DNA of 64,000 nucleotides from an uncultured Methanomassiliicoccales archaeon (GTDB lineage Archaea; Thermoplasmatota; Thermoplasmata; Methanomassiliicoccales; UBA472): NCBI GenBank assembly GCA_963695345.1, contig OY968769.1, positions 352,001 to 416,000 of the forward strand, read 5' to 3'. Shown piece by piece: positions 1 to 10,533 of this stretch (position 1 is its first letter; each line of letters starts with the position of its first letter). The notes under the pieces were generated by a model. It saw only the letters and a program-made list of their open reading frames with translations, ran no database searches and was not told where the DNA came from. The position numbers and the translations under genes were made by a program.

Positions 1-3000
1 CATCTCCCGGTCGAACCCGGGCAAGGGCCAGCTACCGGAATATCAGTGCGGGGACGAACCCCGCCTAATCCGTATCTACCTGGACGTCGAGTACGAATAT
101 ATCGAGAACCGGTTGGCGGCGTTGTCCGCCCACATCACCGACAGCGTGTCGCCGCTGATCACCATCAGCGAGAAGGTCGGGGACAGGAACCGCCTCGAAC
201 CGGTCCCCATGGAATTGGACATCGGATCCAGTCAACGCCGGCCATTGAACGGAGAGCACGTGGTCAGCTTCGTATCTGAGCCCTGGACCGGCGAGAAGAA
301 GGCCGACGACGAAAGGGAAGGACGCATGGTCCAATCCTTCTTCGATCGGCTGGCGGACGCGATCGTCAATGTCGGAAAGGGTGACGACAAGAGACCGGTG
401 CATTTCTACGTCTGGTCCAGGAACGACATGGCCCATCTCATCGATGCCTGCTCCCGCGCTGGCGGTTCCCTGCTCCACAGCCTCACCGAACTGCTAGGCT
501 GCCGGGAACGCTGCCACGGGCCGATGGAGCAGCTGATCTTCACCCCACTGAGGGATGAGATCGACCAGAAGGTGGCACTAGGCTACACCGGGCACAGTCT
601 GGCGATCGCCACCTCATTGAGCTGGTACGGTTTCCCCCGGTTCCACTGGACCAGGGACGTGGACGGCGTACCCACCGACCTATCCTATTCATTCCGCCGG
701 GACATATTCGATTTCCGCACCTATCTTAACCTGAACAGCGCCGGCGAGTGGTGCGAGAGGCATGACCCGGACGGGCATCCGGAGTTCTTCGAGATCAGGA
801 CCAAGTTCAGTTCGGACATCAACGCCCCCTATTGGTACGCGCTTTGGGGCAAACTGCCGGAGGCGAGCGGCGGAATGGACCGGGCGCTGCTGAACGACTA
901 CCGCCGCGGCGGCAGATCCGGACAGATAGCCGCGTTCCTGCAGGCCAAGTGCCAGGCGCTGAGATGGCTCGAGGAGCGGCTCCTCAAGAACGAGGGCATA
1001 CAGAAACCGCTGATGCCGATAGGCGAGCTGAAACATGTGGACGAACGTTTCTCGGGCCGCTACGACCTGGTCAACGCCTGCCTCGACTTCATGCGCCTCG
1101 ACCACCACGTGAAGAAAGTGGATTGGGTTACCTCGTGCCTCCGTTCGCCTTCCGCCCGGGTCGCCGAGGGTTTCGCGCTGCCGCTGAAGAACCTCATGGA
1201 CGTACCCATGGAAGACGGCAGCCACAGCATCCGGGGTGTTCTCGACCTGGAGCGGTTCTCCGTCGATCCGGAGGTGTTCTTCTCCGTCTGCATGATCGGC
1301 GAGGATTCGTTCGTTCGGATCTCGCCGTACTCGGGAGGGCCCAACGAAGGACAGTCGATCCAGGAGGTCCTGGGCAAAGGCGTCACAGGAAAGGTGACGC
1401 ATCTTGACCGGTCGACCGGATTGTTCGCGGCCAAGGTGGTCACCACCAACTACAAGGACCCGATCGCCCGGGACTATGTGCTGCCGTCGCTGCCGAGCAA
1501 CATCACGATGCCGTTCGCGCTGGTGGAAGAGGGCATCTCGGCATTCGTCCAGAACCGGGTGGACGAATGGCTGAGGAACAACCGCGGCGCCCCGGCGGTC
1601 AAGTGGTTCAATCCAGAATCGCCCTCGATCCCGGAAAGGACGCAACTGGACCAGGAAACGGCCGAAGGGTACAGGAAACTGCTGCGTTCGATGAATGTGC
1701 TCGACCGCTCGCTGGACGAGGTCCAGGTCCAGGCCTGCATCGACGGTTTGGAGAGCACCGTCCAGCTGCTGCTCGGTCCGCCCGGGACCGGCAAGACGAA
1801 CACGACGGCGGCGGCGATACTCCTCCGGCTGGCATCGACCCCGGTGCGAAAGCTGTTCCTCCTCTCGGCGAACACCCACACCGCCGTGGACGAACTGACC
1901 GAACGGTTGAGGCTGACGCTGCCTTCGTTCAGGAAAGCCTCCTCGGAGAACGGGTTGAGGGACAATCCGGTCAGCATACTGCGCCTGAGGGAGGGATCCC
2001 CGTTGCCCGAGGATATTGCCGCCGAGAACACCACCCAGATAAGGGACCTCCTGCGCTTGAACGACGTGGTGGTCTGCGGCTCCGTCAACGAGGTCCTCAA
2101 GCTGGGAAAGAACATGGACCGGAACGGATGGCCGTTGGGCCCCTCGCGTGCCTCCGGCCTCATAGTCGACGAGGCCAGCATGATGCTGTTCCCGGACTTC
2201 CTGGCCTTGGCCACCATGGTGTCCCCGGGCGGAGAGATCATGCTGGCCGGGGATCATATGCAACTGTCGCCCATCACCTCCCACGACTGGGAGAACGAGG
2301 ACCGGGAGCAGGTCGCCAGGATGACGCCCCATGAGAGCGCCTATGTCACCGTCAAGAGGCTGTGCGGCAAATGCGATGGGCATGCGTTGAGGCAGTCGGA
2401 ACTGACGCTCACCTACCGGCTCACGGATGAGCTGATCCACCTCATCGCGGACGTCTACCGGAGGGAGGGGGTCATGCTCACCTCCAGAAAGAAGGCGGCG
2501 CCCAAGGATGGAAGGTTTTCCTCCCTCGCGGACCTGTGGAAACACGGTGGCATCTACCTCATCGTCCATGATGAGTCCGGCTCCAGGAAGCTGAACCAGT
2601 TCGAGGCCGGATTGATCCGTGACATCATCGCGTCCAGGCCAGGATCGAAGAGGGACATCGAACCGAGCTCGATATCGATCATCACCCCCCATCGGGCGCA
2701 AAAAGGGGCGTTGAAAGGCCTCCTGACCGAAAGGTACGGCGATCAGATCAAGATGATCGATACGGTAGAGCGGCTCCAGGGCGGAGAGTGCGAGACGATA
2801 ATCGTCTCCGGCACGCAGAGCGACACCAACGCCATCGGGGAGAGCGCCGAGTTCATACTGAACCTCAACCGGACCAACGTGATCTTCTCGCGGGCCAAGG
2901 AGCGTCTCATCGTCGTCTGCTCGAAGAACCTGCTCGACAGCGTCCCGGCGGACATCGAGGACTACAACTCGTCCTGGCTGTGGAAAAGGCTGAGGTCGAT

Positions 3001-3082
3001 CTGCGATACGGAGATGCTGAATCTGGAAGGATACGGGCATCGGGTATCGGTAAGGGTGCCGGGGCGTTTCTGGAAGGTGTGA
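1..3082 (+). CDS. SF1 (DNA2/NAM7/Upf1-like) helicase with N-terminal RNase H-like nuclease region; 5' partial
   Basis: Frame is open from base 2 (ISRSNPGKGQLPEY...RIYLDVEYEY), upstream of the ORF-track start at 113. Walker A GPPGTGKT, SANTHTAVD, DEAS, LAGDHMQL, ITPHRAQ, DTVERLQGGE and NVIFSRAK are SF1 motifs; YLDVE resembles an RNase H-like acidic motif. Confidence 0.8.
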   Translation, partial: ISRSNPGKGQLPEYQCGDEPRLIRIYLDVEYEYIENRLAALSAHITDSVSPLITISEKVGDRNRLEPVPMELDIGSSQRRPLNGEHVVSFVSEPWTGEKKADDEREGRMVQSFFDRLADAIVNVGKGDDKRPVHFYVWSRNDMAHLIDACSRAGGSLLHSLTELLGCRERCHGPMEQLIFTPLRDEIDQKVALGYTGHSLAIATSLSWYGFPRFHWTRDVDGVPTDLSYSFRRDIFDFRTYLNLNSAGEWCERHDPDGHPEFFEIRTKFSSDINAPYWYALWGKLPEASGGMDRALLNDYRRGGRSGQIAAFLQAKCQALRWLEERLLKNEGIQKPLMPIGELKHVDERFSGRYDLVNACLDFMRLDHHVKKVDWVTSCLRSPSARVAEGFALPLKNLMDVPMEDGSHSIRGVLDLERFSVDPEVFFSVCMIGEDSFVRISPYSGGPNEGQSIQEVLGKGVTGKVTHLDRSTGLFAAKVVTTNYKDPIARDYVLPSLPSNITMPFALVEEGISAFVQNRVDEWLRNNRGAPAVKWFNPESPSIPERTQLDQETAEGYRKLLRSMNVLDRSLDEVQVQACIDGLESTVQLLLGPPGTGKTNTTAAAILLRLASTPVRKLFLLSANTHTAVDELTERLRLTLPSFRKASSENGLRDNPVSILRLREGSPLPEDIAAENTTQIRDLLRLNDVVVCGSVNEVLKLGKNMDRNGWPLGPSRASGLIVDEASMMLFPDFLALATMVSPGGEIMLAGDHMQLSPITSHDWENEDREQVARMTPHESAYVTVKRLCGKCDGHALRQSELTLTYRLTDELIHLIADVYRREGVMLTSRKKAAPKDGRFSSLADLWKHGGIYLIVHDESGSRKLNQFEAGLIRDIIASRPGSKRDIEPSSISIITPHRAQKGALKGLLTERYGDQIKMIDTVERLQGGECETIIVSGTQSDTNAIGESAEFILNLNRTNVIFSRAKERLIVVCSKNLLDSVPADIEDYNSSWLWKRLRSICDTEMLNLEGYGHRVSVRVPGRFWKV

Positions 3083-3301
3083 CAGTTCGGGACGAATGGA
3101 CCGATCGATGGTCCCAGAGTGATATTGGTAATCGTTGACAGAAATGGGTGAAGAGGCCTGGGATAAGGGGAATTCAAGACTCCTGTCCGATGATCATTGG
3201 CCCTGAAGGTGATGAGTTCGTCCATTAGTATTTTTGAAAATGACTATTAATATCACGATATTTCATCCAATTCCGAATATTTTGATGGGTCCGGTGGGAA
3301 T

Positions 3302-6300
3302 GTGGGTCATATCGTGAGAAGAGCGTCACCATTGCTTGTGTTCATTCTGCTGATCGTGTCGACCATCGCCGTCACCCAGGCGTTATCGACCGCTGATGCG
3401 GTACCCAGAGGCCTGGCCCTCAACCCGCACTCGCTGATCCACGTGTATGACGATGCCGAGCTGGGGTCGCTGATAGCCTCCAACCATTGGAACGGCACCG
3501 GCTCCGCGGACGATCCGTACATCATCGAGAATCTGGATATCAATGCCAGCGGTTCGAACTATGGGATGTACATCTCTGGCACAGATGCCTACCTGGTCAT
3601 CAGGAACTGTTCCCTGCACAATGCCGATATCGGCATATCCTCGTCGGGGCTCTTTCTGTCCCATTCAGATAATGTCACGGTGTTCAACAACACCTTCACC
3701 AACAACGGCGTCGGCATCCATCAGGGAGTGACGAGCGGGAGTGTGACCATAGAGAACAACACCTTCAGCGGCAATTACTACGGCATAGAGATCATCAACG
3801 CGAACGGCGCGGCCCTGGTGAGCAACAACTTCAGCGGCAACAACAACGATATCTATGTCCAGAGCGCGAGCGGCAACCTCATCGCTTTCAATCTCTGCAA
3901 CAACATGGTCCTGTACACCGCAGACAATAACTGGATAGCGAACAACACGTGCATCAACGACAGCGATCACGGCATCCGCATCGTTTCCTCCAGCGGAAAC
4001 GTCGTCGTGAACAACACCTGCGCCTGCAAAACCCCGACGGCCGACGGCAAGGGGATCTGGCTGGAATCGTCGAATGACAACATCATCGAGAACAACGATT
4101 GCTACGACTGCACTTATGGGATCAGGCTGGACAATTCGAACCGAAATACTCTTGACGGCAACCCCTGCGGGGGCAACGAGAACGGGATATGGCTGACCGG
4201 TTCTGACGAAAACATCATCACCAACAACACCTGCGCCGGCAACACCGTCGGGGTGTGCCTGACCTCATCCAGCGGATACAACAGGATATCTGGCAATGAT
4301 ATCCGGTCCAACGATCACGGCATCGAACTGGAGTCCTCGGACCATGATGTCGTCTCGGAGAACACTTTGATCGGCAATGTCTACGAAGGGGTCGTCATAT
4401 CCGGTTCGAACCACACCGCGATCATGAACAATTCCTGCAGGTCCAGCGTGAGCGCGTTCCTGGTGACGGACAACTCCCGGAACAACACTTTGGAGAACAA
4501 CTCCTGTCACGAGAACGGGAACGGCATCAGGCTGCACCTGTCCGGCCATAACGTGCTCAGGAACAACGACCTCACCGGCAACACCATCGGCATCAATCTG
4601 GAATCCTCCCACGTCAACGAAATCATCGGCAACAACTGCAGCGGGAATGTGGCCGACGGCATTTTCCTGACCGACTCGAGCGAGAACAACACCCTATCCA
4701 AGAACACCTGCAGCGGCGCCACCAACGGGATCGCGATCAGCGGATCAGGAAACAACACCGTTTCGAACAACAACTGCAGCGACAACACGATCGGCATGAG
4801 CATATCGTCATCGGGACAGAACAACACGATCGACAACAACACCGTCGCCAACAATGACTACGGGATCTACTTCTCTTCCTCAGGCAACAACACCGTCTCG
4901 AACAACACCATCAGCGGCAACAGCCTCTATGGCATCTATCTGTTCCATAACAGCGATCGCAACCTCCTGTTCGGGAACCTGCTCATCATGAACCATGGAT
5001 CCTCCACGACCTACAGCGGAACGAATGTCCAGGCATACGATGACGGTCCGAACAACCATTGGGACCTGACCGGGTCCGGTAACTTCTGGTGCGACTGGTC
5101 CTCGCCGGACGATGACCATGACGGCATTGTGGACGTTCCGTACGATATCACCGGACCGGTCAAGGACTGGTTCCCCCTGGCTCTTGAAAGAGTGGCCGAC
5201 ATCTCGGTCACGATCATCAGCCCTGTGAACGGTAGTATCACAAATGTGACGAACATGTTCGTCTCTTGGAATGTCAGCGATTCGTTCCACATCGTCCACC
5301 GCAACGTCAGCGTCGATGGCATATGGATGACCGTCCAGGGGACCAGCCTCTCCCTGCTTCTTGACGAAGGCCATCACACCGTGGCCGTGAACATCACCGA
5401 TATCCTCGGGGCCGAGGGCAGGGCGATGACGAACTTCACCGTGGACATCACCCCGCCTTCCCTGGTCATCACCGCTCCGTCGAACGGATCCCTCATCGCC
5501 TCGCACGATGTCAGGGTTAACTGGACGGCGATCGACATCGCATCGGGGATCGCGAACTGCGAGGTCCAGTGCGGCGAGGTCCGGGAATTCGTCCAGGGAC
5601 AGCACCTACCTGCTGGGCGGCCTGTCGGAAGGACAGCATACCGTCAACATCACCGCGTATGACAATGCCGGCCACCACAACCGGACCTCGGCGACCTTCA
5701 TCGTGGACACGATCGCCCCTTCGCTCGATATCATCACGCCAGCAAACGGTTCGTACAACAACACCGGTTCCGTGACGATCAGATGGACCGGGGATGAGCC
5801 GGCCGATTTCGACCATTACGAGATCGGATTGAACGGCGGCGCATGGACCTCGGTCAGCGGCAGGAACGTCAGCCTCAGCGGCCTTTCCGACGCCGCATAC
5901 ACCGTACTGGTCAGGGCCTACGACCGAGCCGGAAATTTCAACCAGGACTCGGTGACGTTCATCGTGGACAGGATCGCTCCATCCGTCCAGATCTTTTCTC
6001 CGAACAACAGCTCGTACAACAACACCGGTTCCGTGACGATCAGATGGACCGGGGATGAGCCGACCGATTTCGACCATTACGAGATCAGGATCAAGGACGG
6101 CGCCTGGACGACGGTCGGCGGCAAGGTCAAGACGTATAATGGACTGAATGACGGCACCTATGACGTCGGCGTAAGGGCGTATGATCGTGCGGGAAATCTC
6201 AACCAGGACTCGGTGACATTCATCGTGGACAGGATCGCCCCGGCGCTTTCCATAACCGCACCGGCCAATGGAACATACACCAATTCCACATCCATCACGG

Positions 6301-7127
6301 TCACCTGGAGCATGAACAATGTCACCGGCATCGCCCAGATACAGGTCCGTACCGACGGCGGCGCATGGTCGAACGTCCCCGTCTCCAATCACTCGACGGT
6401 GCTGCGCGGCCTGGGCAACCGTGAGCATGTCGTGGACGTGAAAGCAACCGACCTGGCGGGAAATACCGCCTCCAGGAGCGTCCGGTTCACGGTCGATTCC
6501 GTATCTCCGACGATACTCTCCAGATCGCCGACGGGCGAGAACGTTCTCCTGAACTCGTCGATATCCATCACCTTTTCCAAACCGATGAACATGACCTCCG
6601 CGGTCGTCAAGGTGAACGGGGAGAAGAGGACGATCGCTTGGAACGGCAACAAAGCTTCGATCGCCATGACCCTGAGCTATGGGGGCGTCTACAACGTGAC
6701 CGTCACCGCCTGGGACCTGGTGGGGAATGATGTCTTCGCCCGTTGGACGTTCGCGACCCTGAAGGACCAGGGTGGGCTATCCGGGACCGTTTTGGGAGAT
6801 GGCAGACCCATTTCGAACGCGACCGTCATGCTTGGCAACGGTACCTGGACGGTGACCGATTCTGAAGGTCGTTTCAACCTGAGCAATGTGACCTCGGGCT
6901 GGTACACCCTGACCGTGCATAAGGAGGGCTATGAGGACCTGACCTTCGAGGCAACCGTTGAGCCGGGCGTCATTAGCGAACTTGGCAGCCAGGTATTGAC
7001 CGCGTCGCCCCACGAAGGGGGCATATCTGGCTCCGACATAGAATGGATCTTCCTCGCCTCGATGGCATTGGCGGCCGCCATTGGCGTGGCCCATGTTTGG
7101 AGGAAACCAAAGACGCCCTCACCGTGA
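3302..7127 (+). CDS. Large secreted, membrane-anchored surface protein: NosD/CASH beta-helix repeats, Ig-like repeats, carboxypeptidase-regulatory-like domain, C-terminal TM; one frameshift near 5590
   Basis: Signal peptide; GTGSADDPYIIE; many GIxLxxSxxNxIxxN repeats; GNFWCDW...DGIVDVPY. ORF 3302-5662 joins ORF 5508-7127 (DTIAPxLxIxxP Ig repeats, hydrophobic tail followed by RKPK). Confidence 0.8.
5751..6238 (+). repeat. Intragenic tandem duplication of a 261-bp Ig-like module
   Basis: About 75 bp at 5751-5825 matches 6012-6086 with one mismatch, and 5940-5977 matches 6201-6238 with one mismatch. Both pairs are offset by 261 bp (87 codons). Confidence 0.85.
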
Positions 7128-7318
7128 TGGACTGGCAAATGATGTCTTAGGATGAGCATCTGGAATCACGGAAGGAGGCCATCGGCCAATGAGCGAATGT
7201 TGAGATCATGTTCTTAGCTGAACATCGCATACTGTTTCGGAGGACTATCCTAAGACGTAGAATCCCCTCGAACCGTCCGACCACCGAGATCAGAATATCG
7301 GAAAGTGGAGAGGTCATT

Positions 7319-7630
7319 ATGATTTCATGTTCGCGATGCGGAATTGGGCTTGACCCGCAGGCCGCTGACCAGCCCAGGGCATCCATCTCAGGCAGCATCA
7401 TGGGCGATGAATACATCGAATCGCTGTACTTCTGTGGCCGGTGCCAGGTCTATACCGTGGAGATCTTTCATGATAGGTTCTTGGGCGACGGCGAGGTCCT
7501 CATCAAAGGTCCGGTCTCGAAGCGTGAAGGAGATATGATGGTGGAACTGATTGGGCGCTGTTCCGAGCCCTGGGACAAGAAATGCCGCTGCGACGCACAT
7601 CGATCCTATTTCCACGGGGAACTCGACTGA
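7319..7630 (+). CDS. Small Cys-rich putative metal-binding hypothetical protein
   Basis: ATG at 7319 follows GGAGAGG; motifs CSRC, CGRC and CRCDAH. Confidence 0.6.
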   Translation: MISCSRCGIGLDPQAADQPRASISGSIMGDEYIESLYFCGRCQVYTVEIFHDRFLGDGEVLIKGPVSKREGDMMVELIGRCSEPWDKKCRCDAHRSYFHGELD

Positions 7631-7706
7631 TGCGGGAACCGACCTTAAATGCTCATTGAACCGAGAACAACAGGTACAATGACAATCAGTGCCCAGAAAG
7701 TGAAGA

Positions 7707-8267
7707 TCATTCCTCACTTTTCTCCGGCATCTTCGGCAATGAGTTCATCCAGTCAAGCAATCCGGTGAACATCTCCATGAATCTCGGGTCCTCTTTGGCG
7801 ATCAACAGCGAATATTGGGCGATCGTATCATCGTTGAGCTCCTCGGTCAACCTAGGAAGTCCGAAATCATATTTCTCTATGATCTCCGGCCCCCGGTCAT
7901 AAACCACATCGGAAAAGTATGGTTCGATCTCGTTTCTGTTCTGACCGATCTGGGCATAGATATCGTTGCGCATTTCGGAGATCGTCGCCTTCATCTTCTC
8001 GTCGACCTCGGGCAACTTCTGTTGCATCTCCTGTTCGACCCTCTGACCCTCCTCCTCCCCGGCGAACGCCGTGGTCATTTCCGTTGCCACCGCTCCGATC
8101 GTCCCTACGAGAACCTGCGAGAAGATGCCCATCATCTGGCTCATCAACAGTATGGTCGTGTTCATCAACGAGTTTAATATTCTCTGCGCCCGATCCGTTT
8201 TGATATCGGCAGGACCGATAACGATGGACTCCTGCCCGCTGATGTCAGAACCGTCCTTTTCCGCCAT
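7707..8267 (-). CDS. Hypothetical acidic alpha-helical protein
   Basis: ORF 7707-8330 with a probable start at 8267 (MAEKDG) after GAGGGG; protein-like composition, no recognised motif. Confidence 0.6.
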   Translation of the reverse strand: MAEKDGSDISGQESIVIGPADIKTDRAQRILNSLMNTTILLMSQMMGIFSQVLVGTIGAVATEMTTAFAGEEEGQRVEQEMQQKLPEVDEKMKATISEMRNDIYAQIGQNRNEIEPYFSDVVYDRGPEIIEKYDFGLPRLTEELNDDTIAQYSLLIAKEDPRFMEMFTGLLDWMNSLPKMPEKSEE

Positions 8268-8330
8268 GAAACCCCTCGAAGTGCCATGGCATTTATCTTG
8301 TCGATAGATAACATTTGCCATAACATACAA

Positions 8331-8372
8331 TTTATAAATGATGATTCTATTATATCACATATATAATTAATA
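8331..8372. promoter_or_regulatory. AT-rich divergent archaeal promoter region with TATA-like boxes
   Basis: TTTATAAAT at 8331 and ATATAATTAAT near 8361 lie between divergently transcribed genes. Confidence 0.4.
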
Positions 8373-8390
8373 TGGAAAGGAGCCGAGGGC

Positions 8391-8876
8391 ATGCCTGGAG
8401 TGAGTAGTGAAAAGAACCTTGATGAGGTCGTTCAATGGGCTGTCCGGTCAGGTTTCGAGGTCATCTCGGTCCTGGACTCGCATCATGATTTTGTCGTGGA
8501 AGTGGCTGAGAAAGAGACGATGCTGCATCTGCAAATAGTCCATGAGAATCATGATTCACCATTCGTTATGATGGTGGGGCTGGTAAAGATCCCGGAAACG
8601 GACCGGGAGAGGCTGAAAGAGCTCGGACCGGGAAGGTTCGCTGATCTCATATGGGACATTAAGCTGAACCTAGTCCGCATGGGTGTCGATTTCACCGTTC
8701 TGGGGGCGGAGGGGGACCCCGACGCATGGGAGACACAGAAAAAACTGTTCCTGGGCGGGACTGACATTAACCAGTTCTATGACGCCTACTCCAAGGTCAA
8801 GAACTCGATAATCGGCATAATATGGGCTTATAAACGGGAATTGGATTCGATGGGATGGTCCATTGGAATGACGTGA
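8391..8876 (+). CDS. DUF2299-like archaeal protein
   Basis: 161 aa; FADLIWDIKLNL...GVDF and FYDAYSKVKN pattern; AAGGAG RBS. Confidence 0.6.
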   Translation: MPGVSSEKNLDEVVQWAVRSGFEVISVLDSHHDFVVEVAEKETMLHLQIVHENHDSPFVMMVGLVKIPETDRERLKELGPGRFADLIWDIKLNLVRMGVDFTVLGAEGDPDAWETQKKLFLGGTDINQFYDAYSKVKNSIIGIIWAYKRELDSMGWSIGMT

Positions 8877-8984
8877 TCATTATGTCCTGATCGGTAGGGG
8901 CCAGCTCGGTTAGAACCATGCCGGAGATAACGGGACCGCTCTTCGCTAGCTGTTCTCAGTTTGAATGGCCCGCAGGTGCGTCCA

Positions 8985-10520
8985 TCACTTATCCTCGGGG
9001 TAGCACTTCCGGTTGGTGGTGAACACGCACCGGCAGTCATCCCTCAGCTCGACCGATCCGGTCTTGTCGACATAGATGATACCGAGAGGCGCATAGCCGT
9101 GAGTGATACCATGCGGGGGAAGGGTCACATATTCTTCTCCGGAAACCGGCCAGTCGATGGCGCCGGTGACCACCCGGGCGGGAAGCAGCCAGTAGTCCCC
9201 AGGCAGATAGATGGATTTTTTCTTGGACATCGGTGAGGAGAATTGTATCCTGATCCCGTCCTCGAGGTCGAAGTACCTATCGGCGGATTCGTCGATGGAG
9301 ATGCAGTTGTCCTTGGCATCGGGCTCGGCATGGTCCCAACGGCGCAATAGCGGATGGTTCTCGCTGTCACTGTCATATGATAACCCGGGTTTCTCCTTCA
9401 GGGTCACTGTCAGGTGGGCCCGGTCCGCTTCCGCGACCTCATACAGCTTGCGCCGATCGATCCTGTGGTCAGAGTCCTTGAGCGTCCTCACCACATCCTC
9501 GAAGTCATAGACCTGCTTCACCGAATCGTCATCGATGATCTCGACGTAGTCACCGGTCCTCAGGCTCAGTGACTCGTCCCTTCCAAGATGCGCCAGCGTA
9601 ATTCTCTTGTCCTCCAGCGCCAGGATCGGGAACTGGACGCTCCCGTTTTCCCTGGACCACTTGAAGGTGGCGTTGGCTGCTGTGCCGCCGGTGTGGACCT
9701 CCACCCGGTATAGGTGGTTCTCCAGGCCGCGGTACCTCGTATCCGGGTCTATGATGCAGATGTCATTGGACCGGTCATCGGAGCTCATGTCCGGCCTCAT
9801 CCGGCCCAGTCGCGAAAGCATCATTGACATTTCCTTGAGCAGTTCACGGAAGTTCGCGCAATTCAGGTCCCCGAAGTAATCGCTGGTGCGCACCATCCAT
9901 TCGGTCTTTGCCCGGGCGGCCGTATCCGGACCGTTGAGTGCGACCTCTCGGATCCCGGCATCCTCGATGTAGGAGAGCGCCCGCTCCCAGGCATCGATGT
10001 AGACGACGCAGACCCGGCCCTTGGTCAGCGGTCGCATCGTGCTTGCCGGGGAAAGCTGGCCGAGGTAGTTCGTTTCCTCTTCGTTCTCGCACAGGACCCC
10101 GTTCACGTAATAGCGCCCCTTCCCGATCAGGAAATCATTCGCCTGACCTTCCTTTGGCGCGATCTTGAACCCGCAGTCGCCCTCCGGACCTCCGAACGGA
10201 CCGATGAGGTCGGCCGCCAGGGTCTGCAGGAAATGCAACAGGATGGAGGACTGTTCGTTCCAGTCGGCGTCGAGCTGCACCCTGCCCTGCTGCATCAGGA
10301 CGCGGGTGAAGTGTTTCAATGGATCGAACGTGTCCCGGGTGAAGTCCCCCCGGAACTCCCCGTCGATGGTCCCAGAACGGGTGCCTTTGACAACCTTCGA
10401 TCCTCCCACCACCACAACCTCAGTTTCGGTCTTTCCGATGATGTTCGCCGTGTCCTTTTTCAAGCTTGTCAGTTCCTTTGATGTTGCCGTACCCGTCTTC
10501 ACTGGTTTTTTTCCTGCCAA
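8985..10520 (-). CDS. DUF6519 domain eCIS protein (short form)
   Basis: GDFTRDTFDPLKHFTRVLMQQGRVQLDADWNEQ, GRYYVNGVLCEN, YRGLENHLYRVEVH, FKWSRENGS, GDYWLLPAR and HGYAPLG; TTG start after GGAGGAGG. Confidence 0.85.
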   Translation of the reverse strand: MAGKKPVKTGTATSKELTSLKKDTANIIGKTETEVVVVGGSKVVKGTRSGTIDGEFRGDFTRDTFDPLKHFTRVLMQQGRVQLDADWNEQSSILLHFLQTLAADLIGPFGGPEGDCGFKIAPKEGQANDFLIGKGRYYVNGVLCENEEETNYLGQLSPASTMRPLTKGRVCVVYIDAWERALSYIEDAGIREVALNGPDTAARAKTEWMVRTSDYFGDLNCANFRELLKEMSMMLSRLGRMRPDMSSDDRSNDICIIDPDTRYRGLENHLYRVEVHTGGTAANATFKWSRENGSVQFPILALEDKRITLAHLGRDESLSLRTGDYVEIIDDDSVKQVYDFEDVVRTLKDSDHRIDRRKLYEVAEADRAHLTVTLKEKPGLSYDSDSENHPLLRRWDHAEPDAKDNCISIDESADRYFDLEDGIRIQFSSPMSKKKSIYLPGDYWLLPARVVTGAIDWPVSGEEYVTLPPHGITHGYAPLGIIYVDKTGSVELRDDCRCVFTTNRKCYPEDK

Positions 10521-10533
10521 GGTAACCCTCCTC

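Noticed and set aside
689-3040. Long antisense ORFs (689-3040, 10165-11484, 17792-19216, 20911-21987, 30764-31780)
   Set aside because: They are shadows of well-supported genes on the opposite strand in GC-rich DNA and carry no motifs.
3302-5662. Nitrous oxide reductase maturation (nosD) function
   Set aside because: No nosZ/F/Y nearby; the architecture with Ig repeats and TM anchor fits a surface protein.
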